Shown in pieces: positions 30,290 through 43,042 of a DNA stretch of 64,000 nucleotides. Each line of letters opens with the position of its first letter. Within the stretch, counting starts at the first letter, position 1. The position numbers were made by a program, and so were the translations under genes. Under the pieces are notes generated by a model. It was not told where the DNA came from, made no database searches, and worked only from the letters and a program-made list of their open reading frames with translations. Origin of the DNA: Eledone cirrhosa (lineage: Eukaryota); contig OZ024741.1 in the NCBI GenBank assembly GCA_964016885.1, forward strand, positions 318,680,001-318,744,000, read 5' to 3'.

Positions 30290-33200
30290 GTGTAAGTGAT
30301 TGAATATTCTACAGGCACGTGTACCTTTAATATAATTGCCAAACCGACACAGCGTGCCACAGTTTGTGACAAGACATGACATTTGAATTACATATACCAT
30401 TCATTGTGTATTATAGCATAAATGGTTGAGTATTCCGCAGATACGCGTATTTGACGTAATTGACACTATACGTGATAAGGCAGGTCCATTTAGTTACAGG
30501 TACAGTCCATTCAACGGGCTTCCATAGTTTCTGTCAACCGAGTTTCACATATAAGGCATGTGTCAACCTGTGGCTAGGGTCAACACACTTACCCCAAGAT
30601 GCCACGCACTGGGATCAAATCTGGGTCCTAATGATTGTGAAACGAACTTCTTCACCATTCAGCCATACTGCGTCTACACGAAACTTTCGAATTCATAAAA
30701 TATCTACCTTCTGGGCAGATAGATGAGAAATTAGATGACTTCAATGACTGATACAACTGATGAATATAGTTAAGTAAAATATTTGGTTGAAGTGGTCATG
30801 ATTGGATATAACTGCAACGGGGAATGTGGACATATAATAATTGTTTCTACATTTGGTACAAGGTCAGCAATTACTCCGGTGCATTACTGGTACTTTATTT
30901 TATAAACCCCGTAAGGGTGAAAGGCAAAGTTAACCTCTGCAGCATTTTATTGTTGCACAGTTCCTACTAAAATAATGTCTTAAAGTTTAGGCACAAAGCC
31001 AATAATTTTGTGGAATGGGAAAGTCGATTAGATCGACCCCAGTTCGTTACTGGTACTTTATTTTATCAAATCTAACCCCTGTGTGGCATATTGGTTAAGG
31101 TATTCGACTCACAGCACTAATGTTCTCTGCAGCGCGTTGTGTCATTGCGCAAGATATTTTATCTTAATTAGTTGTACTTGTAATTCAGAGGGCCAGCGTT
31201 GTCACACACTGTATCACGTGTCTGTGGAATTCTCAGTCACTTGCGCATTAATTTCATTGAATATTATTATTATATGTAGGTTTAAGGGGTTTTCGTTTAA
31301 TTAGTTCAAATACTTGTATCTTTCATAACTGATAACATTCCATTTATACTAATCACCTAATAATTGTTTCTACTTCTGGCACAAGGCCAGCAATTAACCA
31401 GTACATTACTGGTACTTTATTTGATCGACCCCGTAAGGATGAAAGACAAAGTTAACCTCGGCGGGATTTGAACTCAGACCATAAAGAGACGTAACTCTGC
31501 TGGAAAGCATGGCGTCCGACCCTCTACCGATACTGCCAATTGACCGCCTTCATACTAATGACCTAATAATGACATACTTTTGACCAACTCAGCAATATAA
31601 ACATGACTGGCTGGAATAGCGTATTGGGAACATTGGATGAAGGATGTTGAAAATAGGGGGAAAATAATTCCTTGGTTTCTGAGGCGAAAAAAGGAAAGGA
31701 ACCCAGCCGATAATCAGACCAGATCATTGATGATACTATCAGCCGGTTACAACTATTGGTAGAAGAAAGGAGCTGGTCATCAGATCAGATCAACGAAACA
31801 ATATGTCCATTGGTTTTTCCATTTCTATCTGTCAGCTAGAACTCATGGGGCTAACTGTTTCCTGGGAGATGTGATAGATACGCCGAGAAATAAAGAGAGA
31901 AAAGTACTGGAAGTTTTATGAAGGATTACCGCTAGAACACGTAGAGAACTACATGCGTACCTGTAGAACGAGGAATAGTTTCTTGCGGTTTAGCATCAAA
32001 AGGGTTAAGAAGCTCCAAGACAAGCGTTCATATTCTATGAGTCAATCTGACTAAGAGCTATGATCATCTGAGACAGATTCTTATTAGTTTCTACAGTGGC
32101 ACCCGAAGTATTTTCAAAGAAAATATCGAGCATATATTGTTTAACATAAAATGTGCTAAAAAATAAAATGATCTGCTATCTTAATATGTATAACAAGTAC
32201 GAAAGTAGGTGTCAGTATATTTAATGCGAGTGAGTCAATATATATTTTAATGCGTGCATTATTAAAAGGCTAGAGTAAAAATAATAAAAATATTCGTCGA
32301 TAAATAGTATGATTTTTCGTTTTGTTGGCATAAACGGAACACAACTCCAGACATATTTCTGATTTAGTTTGGCGTTCTCGGCGGGGGTGTATAGCCTCGT
32401 CGTAAGTTGCCGAAGTGGCAGCGGACGTATCACTATGTAAATAGGCGGGGGAAATGTATATTTATTGATGTAGAAACAAAACAAAACAAAAACATAAATA
32501 GAAAAATATTAAATCGTGATAAAAATATGTACATGTATGTCAGCATATATGGAACTATGAAGAAGCTAAAAGAACAATGAAATATGGTGTGAGGGAAGAA
32601 AGAATAAAAACTAGATCAACCAACATTTATCGTTGCAACAGTCAATACACAGAGGACTGAGTAGATAAACAATGTAAGAGGAAATAATATATACTACACA
32701 GTCACTGCGGTGCATACCGTATATATATATATATACATACATACAGGGGCTCCCAAAAAGTGTAACCACTTTGATTACGTGTACAGGCAATATTTATTAG
32801 AATGCTGTTGAAGTATGTATACATTTTTGGTGCACACCCTTTATATATAAAAAAAAATTAGGGTTTTTTTTAAATAAAAAACGAGATGCCCTGCAAGGGT
32901 GAAAGTATAAGGAAAAGATATCGAAAATGCTGGAGTCTTTTTAAGAATATTTATTTATTTACTTTACCGGTTTCACAGTTCTTATGATTTTAAACATTAA
33001 AATTGAGACGGAGGGTTCGTGTTTCTGTTGTGGAGACAAACCACATTTTCGATTTCTTTTCCTTATATATGCCATAAACCACTTAACTCGTGGTGGAGTG
33101 ACATACGGCGTGTCTGGGTCATTTTAAACCTGGCGGAGTCCATCCATTCTTCAAGTCTGAAGACAGCCGATTTCTTCTATAGAGAGTGAGTGCTAGAGAG

Positions 33201-33579
33201 CAAGTGAGACACAAATATATAGGAAGAATCTACTTCAGTTCTAGACTGCTACCATTTTTATGGACCTCGAAAGAATGAAAGTTGACCGTGGCTAGATTTG
33301 GACTCAGAGAGCACATGGAGATGGAGTGAAGGCCACAATGCATTTATCCAAAATCTAACGATTTTCCCAATTGACTGCACAAGGTGCATACTAACGTAAA
33401 AATAAAAAGTCATAATCGAACAATAACGGTGGAAACTTCTGGTGCCTTGAGTCCCCAAACTATCTCCCTGCTTACTACGATCGGAATTCAATTGGCCCCG
33501 CGAGTTGGACTGATTCTTTCAGTGACATCGCTGAGATGTTTTACCAATTCCGTATGCATATATATTATGTATTATATGC

Positions 33580-33621
<42 letters not shown>

Positions 33622-33711
33622 CTGTTTTTACTTTAGGCACAAGGCCAGCAATTACCCAGTGCATTACTGGTACTTTATTTTATCGACCCCGTAAGGATGA
33701 AAGGTAAAGTT

Positions 33712-33737
33712 AACCTCGCAAAACTAATTCATCGCCG

Positions 33738-33771
<34 letters not shown>

Positions 33772-33797
33772 CGGCGATGAATTAGTTTTGCGAGGTT
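33712..33797. repeat. Perfect palindrome: 28-bp arms around a (TA)n core
   Basis: AACCTCGCAAAACTAATTCATCGCCGTT-(TA)n-AACGGCGATGAATTAGTTTTGCGAGGTT. Confidence 0.95.
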
Positions 33798-33890
33798 TTT
33801 TATATGAAATCGTGTGTCGAAACAAATATTGTTATACTTGGGGAGGGTCATATTTGTGTAATATTGCCAGAATTAATAACAGAACACACT

Positions 33891-35849
33891 GCCAACAACT
33901 TCCAGGCGTCTAACAATGGCATACCACCCTTGTATGGTCTCCGCAAAGACCACAAGACAGTCGACGACCCGACAACAGGACCACCAACAAGACCCGTATG
34001 CGGAGCTAATATAGCTAGCAACTACAGGATCTCCTACTTCCTCTCAATGGTTATACGCCCCATAATCAAGATGTCCCCAGATGTATGTGACAGTACAGAG
34101 GACCTCCTCAGCAGAATCAGTGAGTGCAACAAAAACAGGAACCTATCCAACTGCATAATAGGCAGCATGGATGTGGTATCACTGTACCCATACATTAACA
34201 TTGATTTTGCTGTGGAAAAATGTGTGGAGGTGATCATTGAGAGTGAGGTGGAGTTCTGCGACGTCGACACAGACGAACTAGGCCTCCTACTTAGACTTAC
34301 CTACGACACTGACTACCTAGACAGCCATGACCTTAGACGTTTCTGCCCCAGTAGACCCATAAGAGGTAGACCCCCCCCCCACCCCACCATAACCTCAATG
34401 GCAAAAAAGACTCCCATGGGAAGATGGATTGGGTGGACCAAAGCTATACGGACCCCCCAAAACAATGATCAGGTAAGAAAAATGGTCGCACATGCAATAG
34501 GGGCTAGTATCAAAACTACCCTAAAGGGCCACATATTCAAGTTCAACGAGAAGATCTACACCCAAAATGAGGGAGCAGCCATTGACGTCAGCATAGCTGG
34601 TGATGTTGCCAACCTTTTTATGGTATGGTGGGAAAGGAGACTTAAAGATCTCCTTAATGAGAGCTCCATAGACCTCATCATGTACTCTCGTTACGTAGAC
34701 GATATCAATATAATTATAAGAACATCCCCACTAGAGAGCACTAACAAGTTTGATTTAGAACGTAGCACAATGGAAAGCATCCAGCAGCTAGCTAATTCCA
34801 TACACCAGAGTATAACTGTAACTATCGACTACCCTTCCAAACACCCTAACAATAGACTACCTGTATTAGACACGGAACTCTGGATTAACACTATAGACGA
34901 GAGAGTCCAAATTCTCCACTCACACTATGCTAAACCCATGGCCTCCAAATACCTGATATTCAAAAACTCAGCAATGTCCAGTAGTGCTAAGTTTAATATT
35001 CTGATCGCAGATTTGGTACGAGTGATGAAGAATGTGTCCCGCATGTGCGACCCAACAGAAATGGAAAGACACATCCAACACTTCATCAACCGCATGCAGT
35101 TCTCTGGCTACAACCAAAGAGACAGAGTCAGAGTATACGAAGGAGCCATGGAGAAGTATAAGACCCTCATAGAACTGGACATGAAAGGAATTTGCCCATT
35201 ATACAGGAGCAAATCATGGAATAGCTTAGATAGGGCTAGACATAAGATAGGGAAAGCCACCTCATGGTACGACAACCAGAGATACCAGAGTGTCATGTTT
35301 GTGGACGCTACCCCTGGAGGGAAATTAGCTAACCAGTGTAGAAAGGCCCTGAGAAAGACCCACTTAAAGATTAAGGCGGTAGAAAAGCCAGGAACCACCA
35401 TAAAATCCCTGATTAGCAAAACCTACCCTTTTAAGAAAACCCACTGTACTAATAGGAAATGTATCATATGTAAGTTAAACCCCCGGATAAACTGTAAAAC
35501 TAGAAACGTAATCTATAGCATAAGATGTACAGAGGATACTTGCAGAAACATGACAACAACATACATAGGCGAGACAGCTCGTAGCATAGGTGAAAGGATA
35601 GACCAACACTGGGGGGAACTAAAAGGACGAAAAAACGGGTCAGTACTATACGAACATGCCAGACAACAACACGACGGTAACATAGACAACATAGAAATTA
35701 GAATAATATCTAAACATAGAAATGACCCAGCAGATAGGCAAATCAGAGAGGCCAGTGAAATAGAACTTAGAAGGCCAAGACTAAACAGAAAGAATGAATG
35801 GAATAACAACAACACCCAAACAAACAACACTGACCTAAGAGAAGTATAA
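33891..35849 (+). CDS. PLE reverse transcriptase-GIY-YIG endonuclease polyprotein, N-terminally truncated, frame open
   Basis: PPLYGLRKDHK, RPVCG, SMDVVSLY, Q..GAAI, RYVDDI, LPVLD; Cys linker CTNRKCIIC..C; NVIYSIRC..C...YIGETAR..ERI.QH...H...H...E...LN. Confidence 0.92.
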   Translation, partial: ANNFQASNNGIPPLYGLRKDHKTVDDPTTGPPTRPVCGANIASNYRISYFLSMVIRPIIKMSPDVCDSTEDLLSRISECNKNRNLSNCIIGSMDVVSLYPYINIDFAVEKCVEVIIESEVEFCDVDTDELGLLLRLTYDTDYLDSHDLRRFCPSRPIRGRPPPHPTITSMAKKTPMGRWIGWTKAIRTPQNNDQVRKMVAHAIGASIKTTLKGHIFKFNEKIYTQNEGAAIDVSIAGDVANLFMVWWERRLKDLLNESSIDLIMYSRYVDDINIIIRTSPLESTNKFDLERSTMESIQQLANSIHQSITVTIDYPSKHPNNRLPVLDTELWINTIDERVQILHSHYAKPMASKYLIFKNSAMSSSAKFNILIADLVRVMKNVSRMCDPTEMERHIQHFINRMQFSGYNQRDRVRVYEGAMEKYKTLIELDMKGICPLYRSKSWNSLDRARHKIGKATSWYDNQRYQSVMFVDATPGGKLANQCRKALRKTHLKIKAVEKPGTTIKSLISKTYPFKKTHCTNRKCIICKLNPRINCKTRNVIYSIRCTEDTCRNMTTTYIGETARSIGERIDQHWGELKGRKNGSVLYEHARQQHDGNIDNIEIRIISKHRNDPADRQIREASEIELRRPRLNRKNEWNNNNTQTNNTDLREV

Positions 35850-36145
35850 ATAAATAAATAAATAGATAAATAAATAAATAGATAAATAAATAAATAAATA
35901 AATACATACACAAGCACAATAACAACAAACACATATAAACACACACTAGTAAACATGGAATACATTAACCAATACACAGTCACCCAATCACGAACACACA
36001 TCAAACAAAACACTATACACACACGCAAACGCATGCGCAAAGAAGACAAAATAAAATAAACAAACAAACAAATAAATAAATAAATATATAAACAGACTAA
36101 ATAAAGATGACGTAGACATACAATGTAACGGGAGGAAACAATAGC

Positions 36146-36187
36146 ACCACTGGCGATGTTTCAGATGTGCAACGAAAGAACTTTGAT
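36146..36187 (+). ncRNA. Hammerhead family B in the PLE 3' pLTR, core mutated (CUGGCGA)
   Basis: ACCA CUGgCGA U GUUuCA-gaug-UGCAAC GAAA GAAC UU^ UGAU; intact-core paralogue at 45141. Confidence 0.7.
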
Positions 36188-36388
36188 AAACTATATATAT
36201 GTGTTTGTGTCTATATTGTATCTGTATTATTTTTGACCGTTGGTCAGTCAATGGCAACATTGAGGACCGAATAAATTAGATTACCGATATAAAAGACACA
36301 GAAGCGAAAAGCGAAAACCAACCAAACAGTGAGTGTGTTCTGTTATTAATTCTGGCAATATTACACAAATATGACCCTCCCCAAGTAT

Positions 36389-36423
<35 letters not shown>

Positions 36424-36637
36424 GTGTTTTTAGGCTTAGCAGTCTTTACCCCACTCCACTCCTTCTTCTCCATCAGCCCAGCTTACCACAAAGCCAAACC
36501 TGACCACAGCACTACCACGACTAGTGACCTATTTTTAAACACCCTGCAAAAATTCCTACATCCTTGAAAATAATTGGTGAACATAGAACCCGAAACTGCT
36601 TGGTGCTGCAGGCTGCAGTCCCGGATTTTACCTCTCT

Positions 36638-36678
<41 letters not shown>

Positions 36679-36682
<4 letters not shown>

Positions 36683-36871
36683 AACGAGTAGGACCCCGAC
36701 GGTTGAGCTCAAGCCGTTTCGACGGCTAATTCTGAGTCCAGAATTAGCCGTCGAAACGGCTTGAGCTCAGCCGTCGGGGTCCTACTCGTTCCTATTACCC
36801 ACTCTACTACCCTAAGTATTGAGTACTTTGGTGCGTTATGGTCCATCTGGTTCCTTACCACATTTCCTTCG

Positions 36872-36873
<2 letters not shown>
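36679..36873. mobile_element. Fold-back pLTR-like fragment, family F (copy 2)
   Basis: Palindrome 36679-36794 plus unique arm to 36873; (TA)n on both sides. Confidence 0.85.
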
Positions 36874-36934
<61 letters not shown>

Positions 36935-37275
36935 AATATATATATACAAATATATACAAGCATATGAAATTTTTCTGATTAACATTATCTTGCTATTACC
37001 GTTACCCACAGACACTGATCTATACACACTCACCAACTCTCTTACTATAGCCACTATTTATTTGAAAGTAATTAATCTCTCAGCTGAAGTCTATTTCTTT
37101 AAAATATAAAAGTAAATAATAGGCTACGATGAATTGGCAGAGTTGTTAGGGCGTCGAATAGAATGTTTAGCAGTATTGATATTCATACCAGCTCTTTACA
37201 CTCTGAATTCGAATCCCACTGAGACCAATTTTGGGGGAAGGACATTTGGTGGCCAGAAATTATACTGAAGCCTGT

Positions 37276-37319
<44 letters not shown>

Positions 37320-37576
37320 TATATATATATATTTGTATGTCTATATATATATATATATATATTTATATAGACATACGTATATATACATATATATATATAT
37401 ATACATACATATATATATATATATGAAGAAGTTATATTTAATTTGTTGGGATTCAACAAGCTTAAAAGTTTTATAACTGATATAAAGCACTCAACAGTTT
37501 ACTGGAGTAAATATTCAATTTATTAATAAATGGAAACTATATTTATAAAACCATAATTATTTTATTATATATTTTG

Positions 37577-37641
37577 TATTTTATCTGATGAAAGCGCACC
37601 AAAATTGCCTTGGTTGCCCTTGAAATATATATAATAAAATA
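37577..37641 (+). ncRNA. Type I hammerhead ribozyme, family A, intact core
   Basis: UAUUUUAU CUGAUGA AAGCGCACCAA..UUGGUUGCCCUU GAAA U-AUAU-A UA^ AUAAAAUA; inside inverted pLTR pair at about 37425-37683. Confidence 0.88.
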
Positions 37642-37699
37642 ATTATGATTTTATAAATATAGTTTCTATTTATTAATAAATTGTATATATATATATATA

Positions 37700-38545
37700 C
37701 GAAGTGTGTCAGAAAAGTACCAGGACTGATCTGACAAAAGATTTACTTCAAACCCAAACCTCACACTAAGAGTTTTCTCCTTCAAAGTAAAGCCCCTGGA
37801 GTCTAATGCACTTTTCCATCCTTTTCTGCCACGCTTGCATGCACTCCTGGAAGGATTCTTCCGGGAACCTCCGCAGTTCCGTCGTCACGGCCTTTTTGAT
37901 GTCGTCCACGTCTTCAAAACGGGTCCCCTCCAGGTCGTACTCGAAGATCCATGACGCATCACCGGTGATGACTGTTCCTAGCAAGTCTGGTTCGGTTTCA
38001 AGACGCTCGAGGATGTCCTGGCACACTTGCATTCGTCGACCCTTCTGGTCATCGTTCAGCAGTTTTGGCACCATCTTCGCGCAAACTTTCCTCATGTCCA
38101 AATCTTCATGTCCAGCTCATTTGCTATCAGTCGAACAGTCAGCCGACGATCGCTACGCACCATCTGCCTGACGCGCTCAACGTTGACCTCAGTCCTCGTT
38201 GTTGAGGGCCTTCCGCTCCTGGGGTCATCTTGCACCACTCAAAAACACGTGAGCGTGACATCGTCTCATCTCCATACACTTGCTGCAGCAATCCCTGTGC
38301 TTCTGACGGAGTTTTCCCCAACCACACAAGAAACTTCAAGTTTGTTCGTTGCTCTGCTTGACGACCTGAAACAGAGGACATGTATATAAAATTATGAAGA
38401 AAAAAGTTTGATCGCTGCAGAGAGGTAAGATTACAGTTACATACTCCAGGGGGATTACTTTGAAGGAGAAAACTCTTAGTGTGAAGTTTGGGTTTGAAAT
38501 AAATCTTTTGTGACATCAGTCCTGGAACTTTTCTGACACACCTCG
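37700..38545 (-). mobile_element. Internally deleted mariner element with ~90-bp TIRs
   Basis: TIRs 37700-37790 / 38456-38545; EQRTNLKF...GKTPSEA...VYGDETMSRSRVFEW, RKVCAKMVPKLL, TGDASWIFEYD fused directly to GTRFEDVDDIK...YFEG*; TA on the left flank. Confidence 0.93.
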
Positions 38546-38577
38546 AATATATATATACATACGTATATATATGTATA

Positions 38578-38658
<81 letters not shown>

Positions 38659-38743
38659 GTATGGTTGCATGAAAGAGGCGTCCGTAGGCGGTATGCCGGT
38701 TGAGCACTCGATGGTCGCGCATCGGAGACGAAATCATGTACTA

Positions 38744-38837
38744 AGCATATCTGACGATCTTTCGATTACAGAGTCAGGTTCGATCTATAATAGGTCTTGC
38801 CTCGAGCTGATCGATAGTGAAACATATGTAATATGCT
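38744..38837 (+). ncRNA. Type I hammerhead with intact core and ~60-nt stem II
   Basis: AGCAUAU CUGACGA uCUUUCGAUUA...UGAUCGAUAGu GAAA CAUAUG UA^ AUAUGCU; 7-bp stem I; palindromic stem III ACAUAUGU; GUA triplet. Confidence 0.82.
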
Positions 38838-39712
38838 ATTAAATATGTTATGATGCAACACTGAATCCTTGTTCCTTATCCTTATAGTATATATATGTGT
38901 GTGTGTGTGTGTGTGGTCCGTTTGGATGTCTGTGTTTGCGTCTTCTTCTTGTTTGCAAAACGTAATTTAGTGGTTCGACAAGAAGAGATTGATAAGTAAG
39001 TGCCAGACATGAAAAGAAAAAATTGTGATCAACTGAAACCAGTGAAAGAACAAAATAACAGTTTCCAATTTAGGCCCAAGGTCCGCACGCAATTTGGAGG
39101 TGAAGGAAAAGTCGATTATATTGACTAGAGTACTTAACTGGTACTTTATGTTATCGACCCTACCCTGGAAGGGTAAAAGGCAAAGTTAATCTTGGTGAGA
39201 TTTGAAGCTAGAAGTCAAAGTACATAAAATTAGTCTTTTTTCTGAGGCTTTAAATAATAGTTAAGAAAATCGTGTAAAAACAATTGGATAGAGACACGTA
39301 CAAGTATTGAACACAGCATCTGTCGGATGCCGGATGAGTGAGCTACCCACTACACTAAAACGTCTCCTTTTTTAAATTTTACACCTGCAATTAGAAGTGT
39401 AAGCAAAGCGGTTGAGTTAGAAAGCATTAAGAAACTTTGAAATTTCAGATTTTAAATTTTCTCAATTCTTCCCGAGTCAACCTCTTCCTATATGCATGTG
39501 TAAATATGTGTGTGTGTGAGTGTTTTTGTATATGTGTGTATTAGTGTGATTACTATTCCGTACAAAATTACACATTATAACCTAGCATTAGATCAAATAA
39601 TGGTAATACTGGTTGTTTATTTCCAGTCTGCCAAAAAAAAATATTTTAAAAATGAATGTATATTTAAATAACAGATACACACAAACACACACGTATGTAC
39701 ACACACACACAC

Positions 39713-39783
<71 letters not shown>

Positions 39784-39860
39784 GTATATATATATACATA
39801 TATATATATGTATATATATATAAATATATATATATGTATATATATATATATAAATATATA

Positions 39861-39942
<82 letters not shown>

Positions 39943-39993
39943 TATATATATACACATATATATATATGTATATATACATATATATATATATAC

Positions 39994-40062
<69 letters not shown>

Positions 40063-40133
40063 CACATACTATATAAATATACATATACATACACTATATA
40101 TAATATACACACATTATATATATATACACACAC

Positions 40134-40229
<96 letters not shown>

Positions 40230-40270
40230 TATATATATATAAACATATATATATACATATATATATATAC

Positions 40271-40340
<70 letters not shown>

Positions 40341-40387
40341 TATTATACTTTGGGAGGGTCATGTTGCTAAACAAATTCAGAAATGAC

Positions 40388-40510
<123 letters not shown>

Positions 40511-41744
40511 TACATACATACTGTATATGTACATTTTATCACAATGAGCTGTTTTAACATATAATAATTCGAAAAAGATTCGAATGCATGGGAGGAAATA
40601 CTATAATCAGGAGTTTTCTTTCATCATATTCTTTCATATCATTATTATTGTTGTTGATGTTGTTGTTCATAAACATCCATGTTGTTGGTATTATTATTAT
40701 TTATTCTTTATATTTTATTTATTTTATTTGGGGTTTTGTGATTTTTCAATTTTCAATGAATAGTTTTCTATGCTCATTTTTTTTTTCTTTCTTTCTATTT
40801 CCTACAACTGTTCACACTGCACATATGTGCACTTTTGTAAAGCAATCGTCATATGAAGGTTATTCTTCTCGATGTACATGTGCAGTAAAAGAAGATTATT
40901 GCATCTATCTATACTGATGTTGCATCTATACTGCAACATGTTTGCACCAATGAATCTCTTAGATAAATTACACATTACTTTCCTTTCATTTACTGAAATC
41001 GATTTTATTTTTGCCTGAATATGTGCTAACTGAAAACCTTGATCTTGATCATTATTTCGTTTGTATTTTTTTTATTCCCTAGCCCTGTTAAGTTTCTGTT
41101 AATTCCAGTAATACACGAAGCACTGTGAGCAGTATAGCCTACTCTAAATTTCCATCTTGTCTCTGTGTTGAGAAAAGAGCCAGGTTCATGGAATGGATCT
41201 CCATCGGTCTCCATGATCAGTTTTCCAGTTGTTTGATCAATTGAACAGCTTGCTCATAAAGTAAAAATGCATGTAGCTCAGCATTCTTCCAAAAACGCAT
41301 GTACCTTCAACATAATTCTCAGACAGAATCAACGTTATGCAATGACATAAGGTTAGAAATGCGAATTATAAGTACAATCTATCTGACGGGCTTCCGAACA
41401 GTCACCGTCAACACAATTTCATTCACACACTTCGGTCGATTCAAGGCCAAGGTAATAGACACTGTTACCTGAACCTGGAATCGCATATCTGGGGCACAAA
41501 TGAAAAGCCTCTCATTTGTATCAGATCTGCAGCCGAGGCTGAAGGGCTAAGATTGGACTTCACAGTCATTTCAGAGGCTCGCCTTTCCCCAATCTTCTCG
41601 AAAGGCCTTCTCCTTAGCCTGCAATACTATAATATAATATATATATAGTATAGTATAGTATAGTATATAGTATAGTTTAGTATAGGTGATTCATTGATTT
41701 ACTGGTGGTGGTACCAATAAGAGCACTCAGAATGTATATATTAG

Positions 41745-42015
41745 AAAAATGTGATGAGGTTTCGTTTACATGTTTTTATTGATTATCGACCTGTTACGTA
41801 CGTTTCACATATGATTAGTTCAAGTTCCCCTTCGGATGATATGTACCCGACTCCACCACCAATCTGTTTTTGTTGAATCACCAAAACTGACAACCATATC
41901 GATACTGGTGTCGGATCCATAGCATCCATAGGGGAGTTTGGGCCAATCATCTGTGAAACTTACGTAACAGATCAATAATCAATAAAAACATGTAAACAAA
42001 ACTTCATCGCTTTTC
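41745..42015. repeat. Diverged inverted repeat (~110-bp arms) carrying a hammerhead 3' half
   Basis: About 41745-41855 vs 41905-42015; left arm reverse complement reads GAAA CGUACG UA. Confidence 0.8.
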
Positions 42016-42175
42016 CTTTATATATATGTGTGTGTGTGTGTATGATAAAATTATGTCTGTGTAAAAACAGTGTGTAACGAAGACTATACCAACATCTATA
42101 AATATATACACATATCTAATATATAGACATGTTAAACATACGAATTTCCCTGTAAATTGAAAAAAAAATTATAAA

Positions 42176-42222
42176 CACCTTTAATCAATTTTCGGATTTA
42201 ATTGGACCCTCCTCAGAAGACG
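42176..42222 (-). ncRNA. Type I hammerhead candidate, intact core
   Basis: CGUCUU CUGAGGA GGGU-ccaauuaa-AUCC GAAA A-UUGA-U UA^ AAGGUG. Confidence 0.65.
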
Positions 42223-42440
42223 TGTATATCACCCAATCAAACAAGAAAACATGTAACAGAAGAAAACGTACTAATTTGCATGTACGAAGCGCCCAAGGAA
42301 ATTCGTATTTTCTGGCATATTTACATGCCTACATATTAGATATGTGTATATATTTATACACGTTGGTGCAGTCTCAGTTATATCTAATTGTACATATAGG
42401 GGTATGACTTTATCATACAGTTCGGTTGCTGGCGCACTGC

Positions 42441-42532
<92 letters not shown>

Positions 42533-42659
42533 TAAGAGGAATTCCAACTTTGTCTGATTTACTCGTTTTATTTACAATCCTTTAAAATATATATAATGGT
42601 ATTATAATGAAATAGTATGATAGAATATTAAGATAGAATATTAAATTCTAAGTGTTAAT

Positions 42660-42698
42660 TGAACAAGTACTTTCATGCTTTCGCAATCTTCAGGTTCA
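42660..42698 (-). ncRNA. Minimal type I hammerhead (left arm of palindrome)
   Basis: Reverse complement of 42776-42814. Confidence 0.78.
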
Positions 42699-42775
42699 TG
42701 ATATGTGGTGACAGTCGAGTTTGCAATTTTCAACTGACAGTTGAAAATTGCAAACTCGACTGTCACCACATATCA

Positions 42776-42814
42776 TGAACCTGAAGATTGCGAAAGCATG
42801 AAAGTACTTGTTCA
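42776..42814 (+). ncRNA. Minimal type I hammerhead (right arm of palindrome)
   Basis: UGAAC CUGAAGA uUGC-GAAA-GCAu GAAA GUAC UU^ GUUCA; single A-U stem III with palindromic GUAC loop. Confidence 0.78.
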
Positions 42815-42997
42815 ATTAACACTTAGAATTTAATATTCTATCTTAATATTCTATCATACTATTTCATTATAATACCATTATATATATTTTAAAGGATTGT
42901 AAATAAAACGAGTAAATCAGACAAAGTTGGAATTCCTCTTATTAATATAATCTTCTATACACAATCATACACACCCGTGTATATTTACCTATCTATA

Positions 42998-43034
<37 letters not shown>

Positions 43035-43042
<8 letters not shown>

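Larger units (their letters stand above)
33826..36396 (+). mobile_element. Penelope-like retroelement: inverted 5' pLTR piece, 5'-truncated ORF and 3' pLTR
   Basis: 65-bp inverted repeat 33826-33890 / 36332-36396; RT+GIY-YIG ORF; pLTR about 35803-36396 homologous to 44851-45376; 3' end joins (TA)n. Confidence 0.93.
42525..42949. repeat. Perfect 425-bp palindrome (212-bp arms, 1-nt spacer at 42737)
   Basis: Arms are reverse complements on inspection; left end joins (TA)n. Confidence 0.95.

Noticed and set aside
32365-32455. GC-rich patch with GGCGGG boxes as a promoter
   Set aside because: Short, with no linked exon or other support
33804-33890. N-terminal residues of the 681-aa ORF as the true PLE start
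   Set aside because: They are the antisense reading of the inverted pLTR piece fused in frame by chance; the real ORF is 5'-truncated
33891-36396. Selenoprotein recoding as reported for some Naiad PLEs
   Set aside because: No in-frame TGA in the visible ORF and no SECIS that I can support by eye
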